Below, in pieces: positions 28,591 to 38,661 of a stretch of DNA of 64,000 nt. The stretch's first letter is position 1. Every line of letters starts with the position of its first letter. The notes beneath the pieces were generated by a model. The model worked only from the letters and a program-made list of their open reading frames with translations. It did not search any database and was not told the origin of the DNA. The stretch is from Candidatus Limnocylindrales bacterium (lineage in GTDB: Bacteria > Chloroflexota > Limnocylindria > Limnocylindrales > CSP1-4): the NCBI GenBank assembly GCA_038245845.1, contig JBBRRZ010000003.1, positions 42,871-106,870 of the forward strand, in the 5' to 3' direction. The position numbers and the translations under genes were made by a program.

Positions 28591-29106
28591 ATGAGCGTTC
28601 GACCCATCGTCCTCCTCGGCGACCCGCGGCTCCGCCTCCGCGGCGAGACCGTGGACAGCTTCGGCAAGCCCCTCCACGAGCTCCTCGACGACCTGACGGA
28701 CTCGATGCGCCACGCGCCGGGCGTCGGCCTCGCGGCGCCCCAGCTCGGTGAGCCGCTGCGGGCCTGCGTGATCCAGGTCGAGAACCACCTGTACGAACTC
28801 GTGAATCCCGAGATCGTCCGCTCGACGGGCGACGATCGAGATCTCGAGGGCTGCCTGTCCATCCCGGGTTACGTCGCCTACGTCACTCGCCACGAGAAGG
28901 TCTGGGTCGTCGCCCAGAACCGCGTCGGCAAGCGGATCAAGGTCGCAGGCTCCGGGCTCCTCGGGAGAGCGCTCCAGCACGAGCTGGACCACCTCCAGGG
29001 CAAGCTCTACATCGACTATCTCGACTCGATGGAGGAGCTGATCCCGGTCGGCCGGCTCGAGGACGAGGACGAGGACACGCAGGAGACCCTGCGAACCCTC
29101 GCGTGA
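28591..29106 (+). CDS. def: Peptide deformylase
   Basis: GVGLAAPQLG, EGCLSIPG and HELDHLQG motifs. Confidence 0.95.
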   Translation: MSVRPIVLLGDPRLRLRGETVDSFGKPLHELLDDLTDSMRHAPGVGLAAPQLGEPLRACVIQVENHLYELVNPEIVRSTGDDRDLEGCLSIPGYVAYVTRHEKVWVVAQNRVGKRIKVAGSGLLGRALQHELDHLQGKLYIDYLDSMEELIPVGRLEDEDEDTQETLRTLA

Positions 29107-30050
29107 GGCCGCAGCCGCCCGACGATGGGCGGATCCGGACCGTCTTCCTGGGCTCAGGGACGTTCGCCGTTCCCGCCCTGCGAACGCTCGCCGCGCACCC
29201 GCGGATCCGCCTCGTGGGTGTCGTTTCCGTCGCGCCGAAGCGGGTCGGTCGAAGGCAGGTGTGGACGACCACCCCGGTCGACGCGGCGGCCCGGGCGCTC
29301 GACGTCGGGCCGGTCCTGACGCCTCCACGGCTCCGGGCGCAGGCGGCGATCGACGCCATCCTCGCCCTCCGCCCGTCGCTCGCCGTGCTCGCCGATTACG
29401 GCCAGATCGTCCCGCCACCGCTCCTTGACCTGGCGCATGGCGCGCTCAACCTCCACCCGTCGCTCCTGCCCCGGTTCCGTGGCGCGTCACCGATCCCCGC
29501 GACGATCATGTCGGGGGACCCGGAGACCGCGGTGACGCTGATGCGCATGGACGCCGGCCTCGACACGGGGCCGATCGTGGCCCAGGAGCGCGTTGCGCTC
29601 GACGGGACCGAGGCGGCGCCCGCGCTCGAGGCGCGGCTGGCGACGCTGGGCGCCGAGCTGCTCGGCAGGAGCATCCCGGGCTGGCTCGACGGGCTGCTCA
29701 GCGCCGTGCCGCAAGGGGCCGATGGCGTGCTGCTGACCCGGCCCCTCCGGCGCGAGGACGGGCGGCTGGACCACAACCGGCCGGCCACCGAGCTCGAACG
29801 CCAGGTGCGTGCCTATCTCCCCTGGCCGGGCTCGTTCCTCGAGCTCGACGGGGAGCGGATCGTGGTGGGTTCGGCATCCGTGGTGTCGTCGGAGGCTGGC
29901 GACGTGCCGGGGGGCATCGTCCTCGCGGGTCGCCTGCCGGCCCTCGCGACCCTTCACGGCCGCCTGGTGCTCGGGTCCGTCACGCCGGCCGGAAAGCGCC
30001 CGATGTCCGGCGACGACTGGCTCCGTGGCCGCCGCCACCCGATCGGCTGA
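29103..30050 (+). CDS. fmt: Methionyl-tRNA formyltransferase
   Basis: GTG overlapping the def stop. NLHPSLLPRFRGASPI motif. def-fmt synteny. Confidence 0.93.
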   Translation: MRPQPPDDGRIRTVFLGSGTFAVPALRTLAAHPRIRLVGVVSVAPKRVGRRQVWTTTPVDAAARALDVGPVLTPPRLRAQAAIDAILALRPSLAVLADYGQIVPPPLLDLAHGALNLHPSLLPRFRGASPIPATIMSGDPETAVTLMRMDAGLDTGPIVAQERVALDGTEAAPALEARLATLGAELLGRSIPGWLDGLLSAVPQGADGVLLTRPLRREDGRLDHNRPATELERQVRAYLPWPGSFLELDGERIVVGSASVVSSEAGDVPGGIVLAGRLPALATLHGRLVLGSVTPAGKRPMSGDDWLRGRRHPIG

Positions 30051-30095
30051 GGCCGGCTTCGGCGGAACGCGGGACCCGTGCGAGAATCACCCCTG

Positions 30096-31340
30096 ATGAC
30101 CGACCAGCAGCCGGTCGTGGTCCCGTTCAGGGGACTGCGTCCAGCACCCTCCGCCTCCCGTCCGCGCGACGGGCGTCCGGGCATCGCCGGCCTCACGGCC
30201 GACGAGCTCGCCGCCTGGTTCACCGAGCGCGGCCAGCCCGCGTTTCGGGCCCGCCAGGCGATGGACGCCGCGTGGGGGACGAAGCACGGGTCGTTCGCCG
30301 ACATCACCACGCTGCCCGCGGCCACGAAGGTCGAGCTCGAAGCGGCGTTCCGCTTCGACACCGTCGCCGACAGCGAGGTCAGGCTCGCGGACGGCGCGCT
30401 CACCGAGAAGGCGCTCCACCGGCTGTCGGACGGGCTGCTCATCGAGAGCGTGCTGATGCACTATCCGGCCCGTGGAGACAGCCGCGAGCGCCACACGCTG
30501 TGCATCTCGTCGCAGGCCGGGTGCGCGGTTGGCTGCCCGTTCTGCGCCACCGGGGAGCTGGGGATGGAGCGCGACCTCGAGACGGCGGAGATCGTCGACC
30601 AGGTCCGGAACGCCGCCCGTCGCCTGTCGATGGCCGGCAAGCACCTGACCAACGTCGTGTACATGGGGATGGGGGAGCCGCTGCTCAACCTCGACCGGGT
30701 CCTCGAGTCGATCGCCGCCCTCAACGACCCGAAGCGCTTCGGGCTCGGCGCGCGCCATATCACCGTCTCGACGTCCGGCGTCGTGCCCGGCATCCGCCGG
30801 CTCACCGCCCTCGGGCCGCAGTTCACGCTCGCGGTCAGCCTCCACGCCGCGCGCAACAGCCTGCGCGACGTCCTCGTGCCGTTGAACCGTCGATGGCCCG
30901 TGGAGGAGGTGGTCGAGGCCGCCCGCGAGCACGCGCGGACGACCGGTCGCCGGGTGACCTACGAGGTCACGATGATCGACGGCATCAACGACACGGCCGT
31001 CGACGCCGACGCCCTCGCGGAGCTCCTCCGTGGCGAGCACGCCCATGTCAACCTGATCCCGATGAACCCCGTGGCGCACACTCCCTGGACCGGGACACCG
31101 ATCCCCAGGGTCGAGCAGTTCGCCGCGCGGCTCCGGGAGGCCGGGATCGCGACGACCATCCGCTTCAATCGCGGGACCGAGATCGGGGCCGCATGCGGGC
31201 AGCTCGCAGCGGAGCACGCCGGGCAGCCGACGCCGATCGTCGTCCAGCGCCGCCGCGAGCGGCTGGTCACGGAGAGCGCCGCAGCCCTGCGCGGCGAGCG
31301 GAGCACGGAGCCCGTGCCGGCCGGGGTGGGGGAGGGCTGA
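30096..31340 (+). CDS. rlmN: 23S rRNA/tRNA (adenine-C2)-methyltransferase, radical SAM (RlmN)
   Basis: CISSQAGCAVGCPFCATG radical-SAM cluster. ATG at 30096, with GTG at 30078 as an alternative. Confidence 0.9.
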   Translation: MTDQQPVVVPFRGLRPAPSASRPRDGRPGIAGLTADELAAWFTERGQPAFRARQAMDAAWGTKHGSFADITTLPAATKVELEAAFRFDTVADSEVRLADGALTEKALHRLSDGLLIESVLMHYPARGDSRERHTLCISSQAGCAVGCPFCATGELGMERDLETAEIVDQVRNAARRLSMAGKHLTNVVYMGMGEPLLNLDRVLESIAALNDPKRFGLGARHITVSTSGVVPGIRRLTALGPQFTLAVSLHAARNSLRDVLVPLNRRWPVEEVVEAAREHARTTGRRVTYEVTMIDGINDTAVDADALAELLRGEHAHVNLIPMNPVAHTPWTGTPIPRVEQFAARLREAGIATTIRFNRGTEIGAACGQLAAEHAGQPTPIVVQRRRERLVTESAAALRGERSTEPVPAGVGEG

Positions 31341-31342
31341 GC

Positions 31343-32062
31343 GTGTCGGGCATCGTCGCCGGCTCGCGCCGGCCCGCGGGCGTGCTGATCGCCGCCTCGA
31401 TCCTCGACAGCGACCTCGCCGCCCTGGGGGACGAGATCCGGCGGGCCGAGGCCGCGGGTGCCGACCGGATCCATCTCGACGTCATGGACGGCCACTTCGT
31501 GCCCAACATCACCTTCGGCTGGAAGACGATCGCGGCCGTGCGGCGGGTCACGACGCTCCCGTTCGACGCCCACCTGATGATCAGCGAGCCCGGTCGCTGG
31601 ACCGACGCGTTCCTCGATGCCGGGTGCGACTCGATCACGTTCCACGTCGAGGTCGGGGCGTCCCAGGTCCGCACCTCGCTGGAGCGCATCCGCGGGGCTG
31701 GCCGGTCGGCGGGCCTGTCGGTCAAGCCGGGGACGCCCCTCACGACGCTCGACGACTACCGGGACCTCATCGATATCGTCCTCGTGATGACCGTCGAGCC
31801 CGGCTTCGGCGGCCAGGCGTTCATGGCCGACGTCGCGGACACGAAGCTCGCGGCCGCCCGCGCCTGGCTCGACCCCGCGGGCGCGAACGAGGTCCACGTG
31901 GACGGTGGCGGTCGGGCGGAGACCGCCGGGATCATCGGCCGCGGCGGGACTGACGTCATCGTCGCGGGGTCGGCGCTCTATCGCGCCGCGGACATGGCCG
32001 CCGAGGTGGAGCGCATCCGGTCGATCGCCGCCGCCTCGCGCGCCGCCACGCTCGCGCGCTGA
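31343..32062 (+). CDS. rpe: Ribulose-phosphate 3-epimerase
   Basis: GTG at 31343 in the 30272..32062 frame. DVMDGHFVPNITFG and MTVEPGFGGQ motifs. Confidence 0.92.
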   Translation: MSGIVAGSRRPAGVLIAASILDSDLAALGDEIRRAEAAGADRIHLDVMDGHFVPNITFGWKTIAAVRRVTTLPFDAHLMISEPGRWTDAFLDAGCDSITFHVEVGASQVRTSLERIRGAGRSAGLSVKPGTPLTTLDDYRDLIDIVLVMTVEPGFGGQAFMADVADTKLAAARAWLDPAGANEVHVDGGGRAETAGIIGRGGTDVIVAGSALYRAADMAAEVERIRSIAAASRAATLAR

Positions 32063-32065
32063 GCG

Positions 32066-32515
<450 letters not shown>

Positions 32516-32570
32516 CGCCGACCACTCGCGTCACGGCGACCCCGACGCTGCCGATCCCCGGACACAGCGA

Positions 32571-32595
32571 AGCCGGTCGCAGGATACGACCGGCT
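32571..32595. terminator. Bidirectional hairpin between convergent dtd and rpmB
   Basis: 9-bp perfect stem AGCCGGTCG / CGACCGGCT with a 7-nt loop. No clear U-tract. Confidence 0.5.
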
Positions 32596-32620
32596 GGGTG
32601 ACGCGGGCCCGGACGACGGG

Positions 32621-32821
32621 CTAGCGGGCGCTCTTGGTCAGGGTGCGACGGCAGCGCGTGCAGGCAAGCACCTTCTCGGTGCCACCGTTCTTCGCGGGCA
32701 GCGTCGTGACCTGGAGGTTCGGCTGGTAGCGGCGGTGCGCGCGGACGCGGTTCATCCCCGAAGACTGGGGGTTGAACCCGCCCATCGACACCTTGCCGCA
32801 GATTGCGCAGCTGCGAGCCAT
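32621..32821 (-). CDS. rpmB: 50S ribosomal protein L28
   Basis: MARSCAICGKVSMGGFNPQSSGMNRVRAHRRYQPNLQ matches L28. Confidence 0.95.
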   Translation of the reverse strand: MARSCAICGKVSMGGFNPQSSGMNRVRAHRRYQPNLQVTTLPAKNGGTEKVLACTRCRRTLTKSAR

Positions 32822-32890
32822 GGTCTGGTTGGATCCTCGGAACGGACGGAAACGGGCACGCGTCGGACGGGTCCAGCGCGAACGGGGTGG

Positions 32891-32900
32891 TATCGTAGCA
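32891..32900. promoter_or_regulatory. Overlapping divergent extended -10 elements (plus TGGTATCGT, minus TGCTACGAT)
   Basis: GTGGTATCGTAGCACAG reads as TGnTAnnnT on both strands. It faces yloU-yloV-recG on the plus strand and rpmB on the minus strand. Confidence 0.4.
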
Positions 32901-32979
32901 CAGCCTTCCGGCAGCCCCGCCGGTGCCTGCCGCGGCCCGCCCGAGCCGGACCCGCGCCCTCGAGGAGGACGTCGCCCGC

Positions 32980-33402
32980 GTGACCGCTGATCCCACCCAC
33001 GGCCGTTCGCTCGTCTCCCGCCGTGCCATCAGAGACCTCGTCCGCAGCGCGACGCTGTCGGTCTATGGCGTCTCCGGGTTTGCCGGAGGTGGACCGGTCG
33101 GTCGGTTCCTGGAGCGCCTCGGGCTCGCCCATCCGGGCCTCCACCTGGTGGTGGCAGACACGCTCATCGTGGACCTTCAGCTGACTGTCGCGTACGGGCT
33201 GCCGATCGCCGAGGTGGCGCGCCAGGTCGAGGCGGCGGTCCGGTACACGCTGCGCAACTCGCTTGACCTCGAACCGGAGCGCATTTCGATCCGCATCGGT
33301 CGGCTGCGTCACGAGCACGGGATCGCGCCCACGCCCGACACGTCAGGCAACGGGGAGCCCCGATCGTCGGACCTCGCGGGTAGCGGCACGGACGTCGCCT
33401 GA
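32980..33402 (+). CDS. yloU: Asp23/Gls24-family envelope stress protein
   Basis: SRRAIRDLVRSATLSVYGVSG...LIVDLQLTVAYGLPIAEVARQVEAAVR. GAGGAGGA SD about 11 nt before the GTG at 32980. rpmB / yloU-yloV synteny as in Bacillus. Confidence 0.85.
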   Translation: MTADPTHGRSLVSRRAIRDLVRSATLSVYGVSGFAGGGPVGRFLERLGLAHPGLHLVVADTLIVDLQLTVAYGLPIAEVARQVEAAVRYTLRNSLDLEPERISIRIGRLRHEHGIAPTPDTSGNGEPRSSDLAGSGTDVA

Positions 33403-35189
33403 TGCCCCGTCGATCCTGCGACGGCGCGGGCTTCCTGGCGGCGTTTAGGAGCGCCGTGGCGGCGCTCGAGGCGAACGTCGACGAGATCAACAGCCTCAAC
33501 GTCTTCCCAGTCCCGGACGGTGACACCGGCACCAACATGCTCGCGACGGTACGGGCCGCGCTCGAGGAGGCGGACAAGGCGGGTTCGGGCGCGGACGCCG
33601 ACGCCGACCGGGTCGCGCACGCGGCGAGCTTCGGCGCGCTCATGGGCGCGCGCGGCAACTCCGGGGTGATCACGAGCCAGATCCTCGCCGGGATCGCCCA
33701 GGGCCTCGCCGGGAAGAAGCGGTTCAATGGCCTGGACCTCGCGCACGCCCTCGACGCCGGCACGAAGACCGCCTACAAGGCCGTGGCGAAGCCCGTCGAG
33801 GGCACGATCCTCACGGTCATCCGCGAGGCTTCGGCGGCCGCGATCGCCGCCGCGGAGCGGGACAACAACGTCGAGTCGGTCCTCGCCGCCACGGTCGACG
33901 CCGCCGAGCGGGCCGTCGCGAAGACGCCCTCGCTCCTCCCGATCCTGCGCGAGGCGCATGTCGTGGACTCCGGTGGCCAGGGCCTGTTCCGCCTGTTCCA
34001 GGGAGCGCTCGAGGCGGCCAGGGGCCGGCCGGTCAGCCCCGACGCGACCGCCCCGGCGTCGGCGCCAGGCGGCTTCACGCCCGCCGTCACGGATGCCCGG
34101 CGCCCTGATACGGGGCACGCGCCGTCCGCGGGCGCCGAGGCCGGCGAGTTCGGGTACGAGACCGTCTACCTGCTCCGGTCGCGCCCCGGCCATCCACTCG
34201 ACATCCCGGTGATCCAGGACTACCTCGAGTCGATCGGTGACTCCGTCCTCGTCGCGGGCGACGAGACCATGGCGAAGATCCACGTCCACAACGTCCGACC
34301 CGACGCCGTGATCTCGTATGGACTCTCGATCGGCACGCTGTCGCGGATCACCATCGAGAACCTCGACAACCAGGCACACGACGTGCGCGAAGCGAAGGCC
34401 ACGGCGTTCCTCGAGGAGGGTGGCGCCGGGTCGCAGGCCGTCGCCGTGGCGATCTCCGCAGCCGCCCGCTCGCGCGCCGCGAATGGCACCGGCAGCCCCG
34501 CCACCAGGCTCCCATTGGGGATCGTGGCGGTCGTGCCATCGGATGGGCTCGCCGCGTTGTTCGACGAGCTCGCCGCGGGCTACAAGGAGTTCGTCGCCAT
34601 CCGGATCGTGCGCGGCGGCCAGAGCGCCAACCCGTCCACCGGCGAGCTGCTCCAGGCGGTCGCCGCCACTCCGGCCGACGAGCTGCTGATCCTGCCCAAC
34701 AACCCGAACGTCATCCTCGCCGCCCGCCAGGTCGCCGAGATGTCGGACCGCCCGATCCACATCGTCCCGACGCGGAACTGTGCGGAAGGGTTCGCGTCGC
34801 TCCTGGGCCTCGACCCGTCGGACCCGATTGCGGAGAACGTCCAGGCGATGACCGATGCCAGCCGGGATGCCCAGACGATGCAGGTCACCGAGGCGGTGCG
34901 GGATGCGACGGTCAGCGGGCGCAAGGTGAAGAAGGGCCAGACGATCGCCCTCGACCCGGACGACGGGCTCCTCGCCGTCCACAATGACCCCCACAAGGCG
35001 GTGCTCGCGGCGCTGGGCAAGCTCGAGGCGGGCTTCGGCCTGATCACGATCTATTACGGCGAGGACGCGACGCTCGACGACGCCGAGACCCTGTCCCGGA
35101 AGATCCGGGAGGCGGCCCCGGGGCTCGAGGAGGTGTCGGTGCTGCACGGCGGGCAACCGCACTACCGGTACCTGATCTCCGCGGAGTGA
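33402..35189 (+). CDS. yloV: DAK2-domain fusion protein YloV
   Basis: PVPDGDTGTNM DAK2 motif, about 595 aa. ATG overlaps the previous stop. Confidence 0.9.
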   Translation: MPRRSCDGAGFLAAFRSAVAALEANVDEINSLNVFPVPDGDTGTNMLATVRAALEEADKAGSGADADADRVAHAASFGALMGARGNSGVITSQILAGIAQGLAGKKRFNGLDLAHALDAGTKTAYKAVAKPVEGTILTVIREASAAAIAAAERDNNVESVLAATVDAAERAVAKTPSLLPILREAHVVDSGGQGLFRLFQGALEAARGRPVSPDATAPASAPGGFTPAVTDARRPDTGHAPSAGAEAGEFGYETVYLLRSRPGHPLDIPVIQDYLESIGDSVLVAGDETMAKIHVHNVRPDAVISYGLSIGTLSRITIENLDNQAHDVREAKATAFLEEGGAGSQAVAVAISAAARSRAANGTGSPATRLPLGIVAVVPSDGLAALFDELAAGYKEFVAIRIVRGGQSANPSTGELLQAVAATPADELLILPNNPNVILAARQVAEMSDRPIHIVPTRNCAEGFASLLGLDPSDPIAENVQAMTDASRDAQTMQVTEAVRDATVSGRKVKKGQTIALDPDDGLLAVHNDPHKAVLAALGKLEAGFGLITIYYGEDATLDDAETLSRKIREAAPGLEEVSVLHGGQPHYRYLISAE

Positions 35190-37498
35190 GCGACGTCGGG
35201 AGGCGGCGCACCGGGGGGCCGGCGAAGGGCAGTCGCGCGCTGCGCCCGAAGGTGGCCGCACCGGTCCCGACGGACCCGGTCGAGCTCCTCGACCAGCCGC
35301 TGGGGCTCTCGGGTCTCGCCGCGGCCAACGTCCTGCGCCGGTCCGGGCACCGCCTCGGCGTCGACACGCTGCGGGACCTCCTGTTCCATCTCCCGCGGCG
35401 CTATGACGACCTGCGCGAGATGCGCCGTCTCGGCGATCTCCATGCGGCGCCCGACGGTGCGGTCGTGTCGGCGACCGTGCGGGTGACGGACATCCGCGTC
35501 CAACCGGCGTATCGCAGGCGGGTCCAGATCACGACGGCATTCCTCGCCGACGACTCGGGGACCGCGGAGGCAACGTGGTTCGGCCGCCGGTTCATCGAGC
35601 GGCGGCTCCGGCCGGGCGACGAGGTCATCATCTCGGGCAAGGTGAAGAAGCGCGGGTTCGGGGTGGTGTTCGACGCCCCGGAGTTCCAGCGGGCCGATGC
35701 GGTGTCGCTCCTCCATGTCGGACGGATCGTGCCCGTCTACCGCCTGACCGCGGGGCTGACCGCGGGGCGCCTGCGCCAGGCGATGCGCGAGGCGCTGGAC
35801 AAGGCAGGCTTCGCCTACCCCGAGTACCTGCCGGCCGGGATCCGCGCGGAGGAGGGGCTGCCGTCCATCCCCGAGGCGCTCGAGCACGCCCACTACCCGA
35901 CCTCGTTCGAGGCACGCGACGCGGCGCTCCGCCGCCTCGCGTTCGACGAGCTGCTTGCGCTGCAGCTGGGCATGGTGTCGCGTCGGCGGGCACGCGGGCG
36001 GGCGCACACGGCGCCGGTACCGGCCTCGGACGCCGTCGATCGCCGGATCCGGTCGGCCCTCGAGGCCTCGCTTGCCCGCAAGCTTGGCCACGAGGCCGCG
36101 CTGACCTCGGACCAGGCGACGGCGCTGGACGAGATCCGGGGCGACCTCGCCCGCCCGATCCCGATGCTCCGCCTCATCCAGGGCGACGTCGGCTCGGGCA
36201 AGACGGCCGTCGCGGCGTGGGCACTGGCCGCGGCGGCGCTCGAGGGTCGCCAGGCGGCGCTCCTGGCCCCGACGGACCTCCTCGCCCGGCAGCACGCGGT
36301 GACGCTCGCCGAACTCGTCGAGGACCTCGTGCTGCCGGTCACGCTCCTCACGGGCTCGTTGTCCGGCGAAGGGCGGCGCAACGCGCTCGAGGCGATCGCG
36401 ACCGGCCAGGCGGCGATCGTCATCGGGACGCATGCGCTCTTCCAGGACGCGGTCTCGTTCGCGGACCTGGCGCTCGCGGTCGTGGACGAGCAGCACCGGT
36501 TCGGCGTGGAGCAGCGCGGCGCACTCGAGGCGAAGGCGACCCGCGGCTCGCCACACGTCCTGCTCATGACCGCGACGCCGATCCCGCGGACGCTGGGCCA
36601 GGTCCTGTACGCGGACCTCGACGTGTCGACGCTCCGGTCAGCGCCCGCTGGCCGGGTCCCGATCCGGACCGGCATCCGTCGGCCAGCCGAGCTAAACGGC
36701 ACCTGGGACAAGGTGCGCGAGGAGGCGGCCGCGGGTCGATCCACGTTCGTGGTCGTGCCCCGGATCGGGCCCGCCGGGGCGAAGCCCATGGCGGCCGAGG
36801 AGGGCACGGGCAGCGACGACCCGGACGCCGGCTTCTTCGGCGACGATGACCTGCCCGACGAGGACGTGGAGACCGCGTGGGCCGCCGCGGCCGAGGCCGA
36901 GTTCGCACGGCTGACTGGACTCCTGGCGCCCCTCCGGGTGGGCCTCGTCCACGGGCGCCTCAAGCCTGTCGACCGCGACGCCGAGATGGCCCGCTTCCGG
37001 GACGGCGACCTCGACGTGCTCGTCGGCACGACCGTCATCGAGGTCGGCGTCGACGTCGCGAACGCGACGGTGATGATCGTCGAGGGCGCGGAGCGGTTCG
37101 GGCTGGCGCAGCTCCACCAGCTCCGTGGCCGGGTGGGCCGCGGGACACAGGCAAGCTTCTGCGTCCTCGTGAGCGAGGCCGCAGAGGGCACGACGGAGCA
37201 CGAGCGGCTCAAGGCTGTCGCCGCCACGACGGACGGCTTCGCCCTCGCAGAGCGTGACTTCGAGCTGCGCCGGGAAGGTGACGTCCTGGGCCTTGCGCAG
37301 AGTGGCCTGCCACGGCTGCGGGTCGCGACGCTGGCGAACCCCGCCCACCGGGAGCTCGCAGCCGTCGCCCGTGCCCATGCCGAGACGCTCGTCGGCGAGC
37401 AGGGGGAGCCGCCCGAGGAGCCGCCGTCCCTGCGCCGCGAGCTCGAGGGCGGCTGGCTGCGGCGCGTCTACGCCGGCGACCCGGCGAGCGCGGCGTAG
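35186..37498 (+). CDS. recG: ATP-dependent DNA helicase RecG
   Basis: QGDVGSGKTAVA Walker A, VVDEQHRFG, TATPIPRTL, QLHQLRGRVGRG. Confidence 0.95.
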   Translation: MSDVGRRRTGGPAKGSRALRPKVAAPVPTDPVELLDQPLGLSGLAAANVLRRSGHRLGVDTLRDLLFHLPRRYDDLREMRRLGDLHAAPDGAVVSATVRVTDIRVQPAYRRRVQITTAFLADDSGTAEATWFGRRFIERRLRPGDEVIISGKVKKRGFGVVFDAPEFQRADAVSLLHVGRIVPVYRLTAGLTAGRLRQAMREALDKAGFAYPEYLPAGIRAEEGLPSIPEALEHAHYPTSFEARDAALRRLAFDELLALQLGMVSRRRARGRAHTAPVPASDAVDRRIRSALEASLARKLGHEAALTSDQATALDEIRGDLARPIPMLRLIQGDVGSGKTAVAAWALAAAALEGRQAALLAPTDLLARQHAVTLAELVEDLVLPVTLLTGSLSGEGRRNALEAIATGQAAIVIGTHALFQDAVSFADLALAVVDEQHRFGVEQRGALEAKATRGSPHVLLMTATPIPRTLGQVLYADLDVSTLRSAPAGRVPIRTGIRRPAELNGTWDKVREEAAAGRSTFVVVPRIGPAGAKPMAAEEGTGSDDPDAGFFGDDDLPDEDVETAWAAAAEAEFARLTGLLAPLRVGLVHGRLKPVDRDAEMARFRDGDLDVLVGTTVIEVGVDVANATVMIVEGAERFGLAQLHQLRGRVGRGTQASFCVLVSEAAEGTTEHERLKAVAATTDGFALAERDFELRREGDVLGLAQSGLPRLRVATLANPAHRELAAVARAHAETLVGEQGEPPEEPPSLRRELEGGWLRRVYAGDPASAA

Positions 37499-37512
37499 GC
37501 AGACGCAAACCG

Positions 37513-38100
37513 ATGGCCGACGCCGGGCGCGTGATCGCGGGCAGCGCGAAGGGGATCCGCCTCGCGGCGCCCGGCGACGGCACGCGGCCGCTCGCGGACC
37601 GGGTGAAGCAGACGCTGTTCGCCATGCTCGAACCGGAGCTCCGGGACGCGGTCGTGGTCGACCTGTTTGCCGGCAGCGGCGCCGGGGCTATCGAGGCGCT
37701 CTCGCGCGGGGCGTCCCGAGCGGTCCTCGTTGAGAAGGACGCGGGCGCCTGCCGGGTCATCAAGGACAACCTCCGGCGCACCCGCCTCGAGGACCGCGCC
37801 CAGGTCATCCGCCGGGACGTGACGAGCTGGTTGATCGAGCCCGCGGGCGCCGCCGCCGATGCCCCGTTCGACGTTGTCCTCGTGGACCCGCCGTATGCCG
37901 ACACCGCGGGGCTCGGGCGGGCCCTGGAGCTCGTCGGGACCCACGTGCGCGAGGGCGGCATCGTCGTCGCCAAGCACTTCTGGCGCGACGCGCCGCCGGC
38001 ACAGGTCGGGCTGCTAGCATCGGAACGCGAGCGGCGCTTCGGCGAGACGGCGCTCACGTTCTACCGGCGGCGTTCGGAGCAGGAGGCGGGCACGGCGTGA
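37513..38100 (+). CDS. rsmD: 16S rRNA (guanine966-N2)-methyltransferase RsmD
   Basis: DLFAGSGAGAIEALSRGA SAM motif and DPPY. rsmD-coaD synteny. Confidence 0.9.
   Translation: MADAGRVIAGSAKGIRLAAPGDGTRPLADRVKQTLFAMLEPELRDAVVVDLFAGSGAGAIEALSRGASRAVLVEKDAGACRVIKDNLRRTRLEDRAQVIRRDVTSWLIEPAGAAADAPFDVVLVDPPYADTAGLGRALELVGTHVREGGIVVAKHFWRDAPPAQVGLLASERERRFGETALTFYRRRSEQEAGTA
38012..38020 (+). promoter_or_regulatory. Putative internal extended -10 (TGCTAGCAT) inside rsmD, upstream of coaD
   Basis: Perfect TGnTAnnnT about 77 nt upstream of the coaD GTG. Confidence 0.3.
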
Positions 38101-38591
38101 GGATCGCGGTCTACCCTGGCTCGTTCGACCCCATCACGAACGGCCACCTCGATGTCGTGCGCCGTGCCGCCCGCGTTTTCGACCGGGTCATCGTGGCGGT
38201 GCTTGCGAACCCCCGCAAGACCCCGCTGCTCTCGGCCGACGCACGCGTAGGGGTCATCCGCGCGGCCCTCGACGCGGACCCCGATCTTGCCAGCGGCGTG
38301 GACGTCCGGACGTTCGACGGGCTGACGGTCACCTTCTGCCGCGCGACGGGCGCGGGCTTCCTGGTGCGCGGGCTGCGGGCGATCGCCGACTTCGAGACCG
38401 AGCTCCAGCTCGCGCACAACAACCACCAGCTCGCGCCGGAGGTTGACACCGTCTTCTTCATGACGAGCCTCCAGCACAGCTACGTGAGCTCGAGCCTCGT
38501 GAAGGAGATCGCGCAGTTCGGGGGCGATGTGTCGTCCATGCTCCCGCCGGCGGCCCTCGTGGCGCTTGAGGAGGCGCTGCCGCGCCGGTAG
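38097..38591 (+). CDS. coaD: Phosphopantetheine adenylyltransferase
   Basis: YPGSFDPITNGHLD motif. GTG overlaps the rsmD stop. Confidence 0.95.
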   Translation: MRIAVYPGSFDPITNGHLDVVRRAARVFDRVIVAVLANPRKTPLLSADARVGVIRAALDADPDLASGVDVRTFDGLTVTFCRATGAGFLVRGLRAIADFETELQLAHNNHQLAPEVDTVFFMTSLQHSYVSSSLVKEIAQFGGDVSSMLPPAALVALEEALPRR

Positions 38592-38606
38592 GAGCCGGCC
38601 GTCGCG

Positions 38607-38615
38607 TGCCATAAT
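38607..38615 (+). promoter_or_regulatory. Putative extended -10 (TGCCATAAT) upstream of the coiled-coil gene / yceD / rpmF
   Basis: TGnCATAAT immediately after coaD. Confidence 0.35.
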
Positions 38616-38661
38616 CGACGCACCGCCCCGCCGGGGCTCCGCGTGCACGGGAGGCCGTCCG

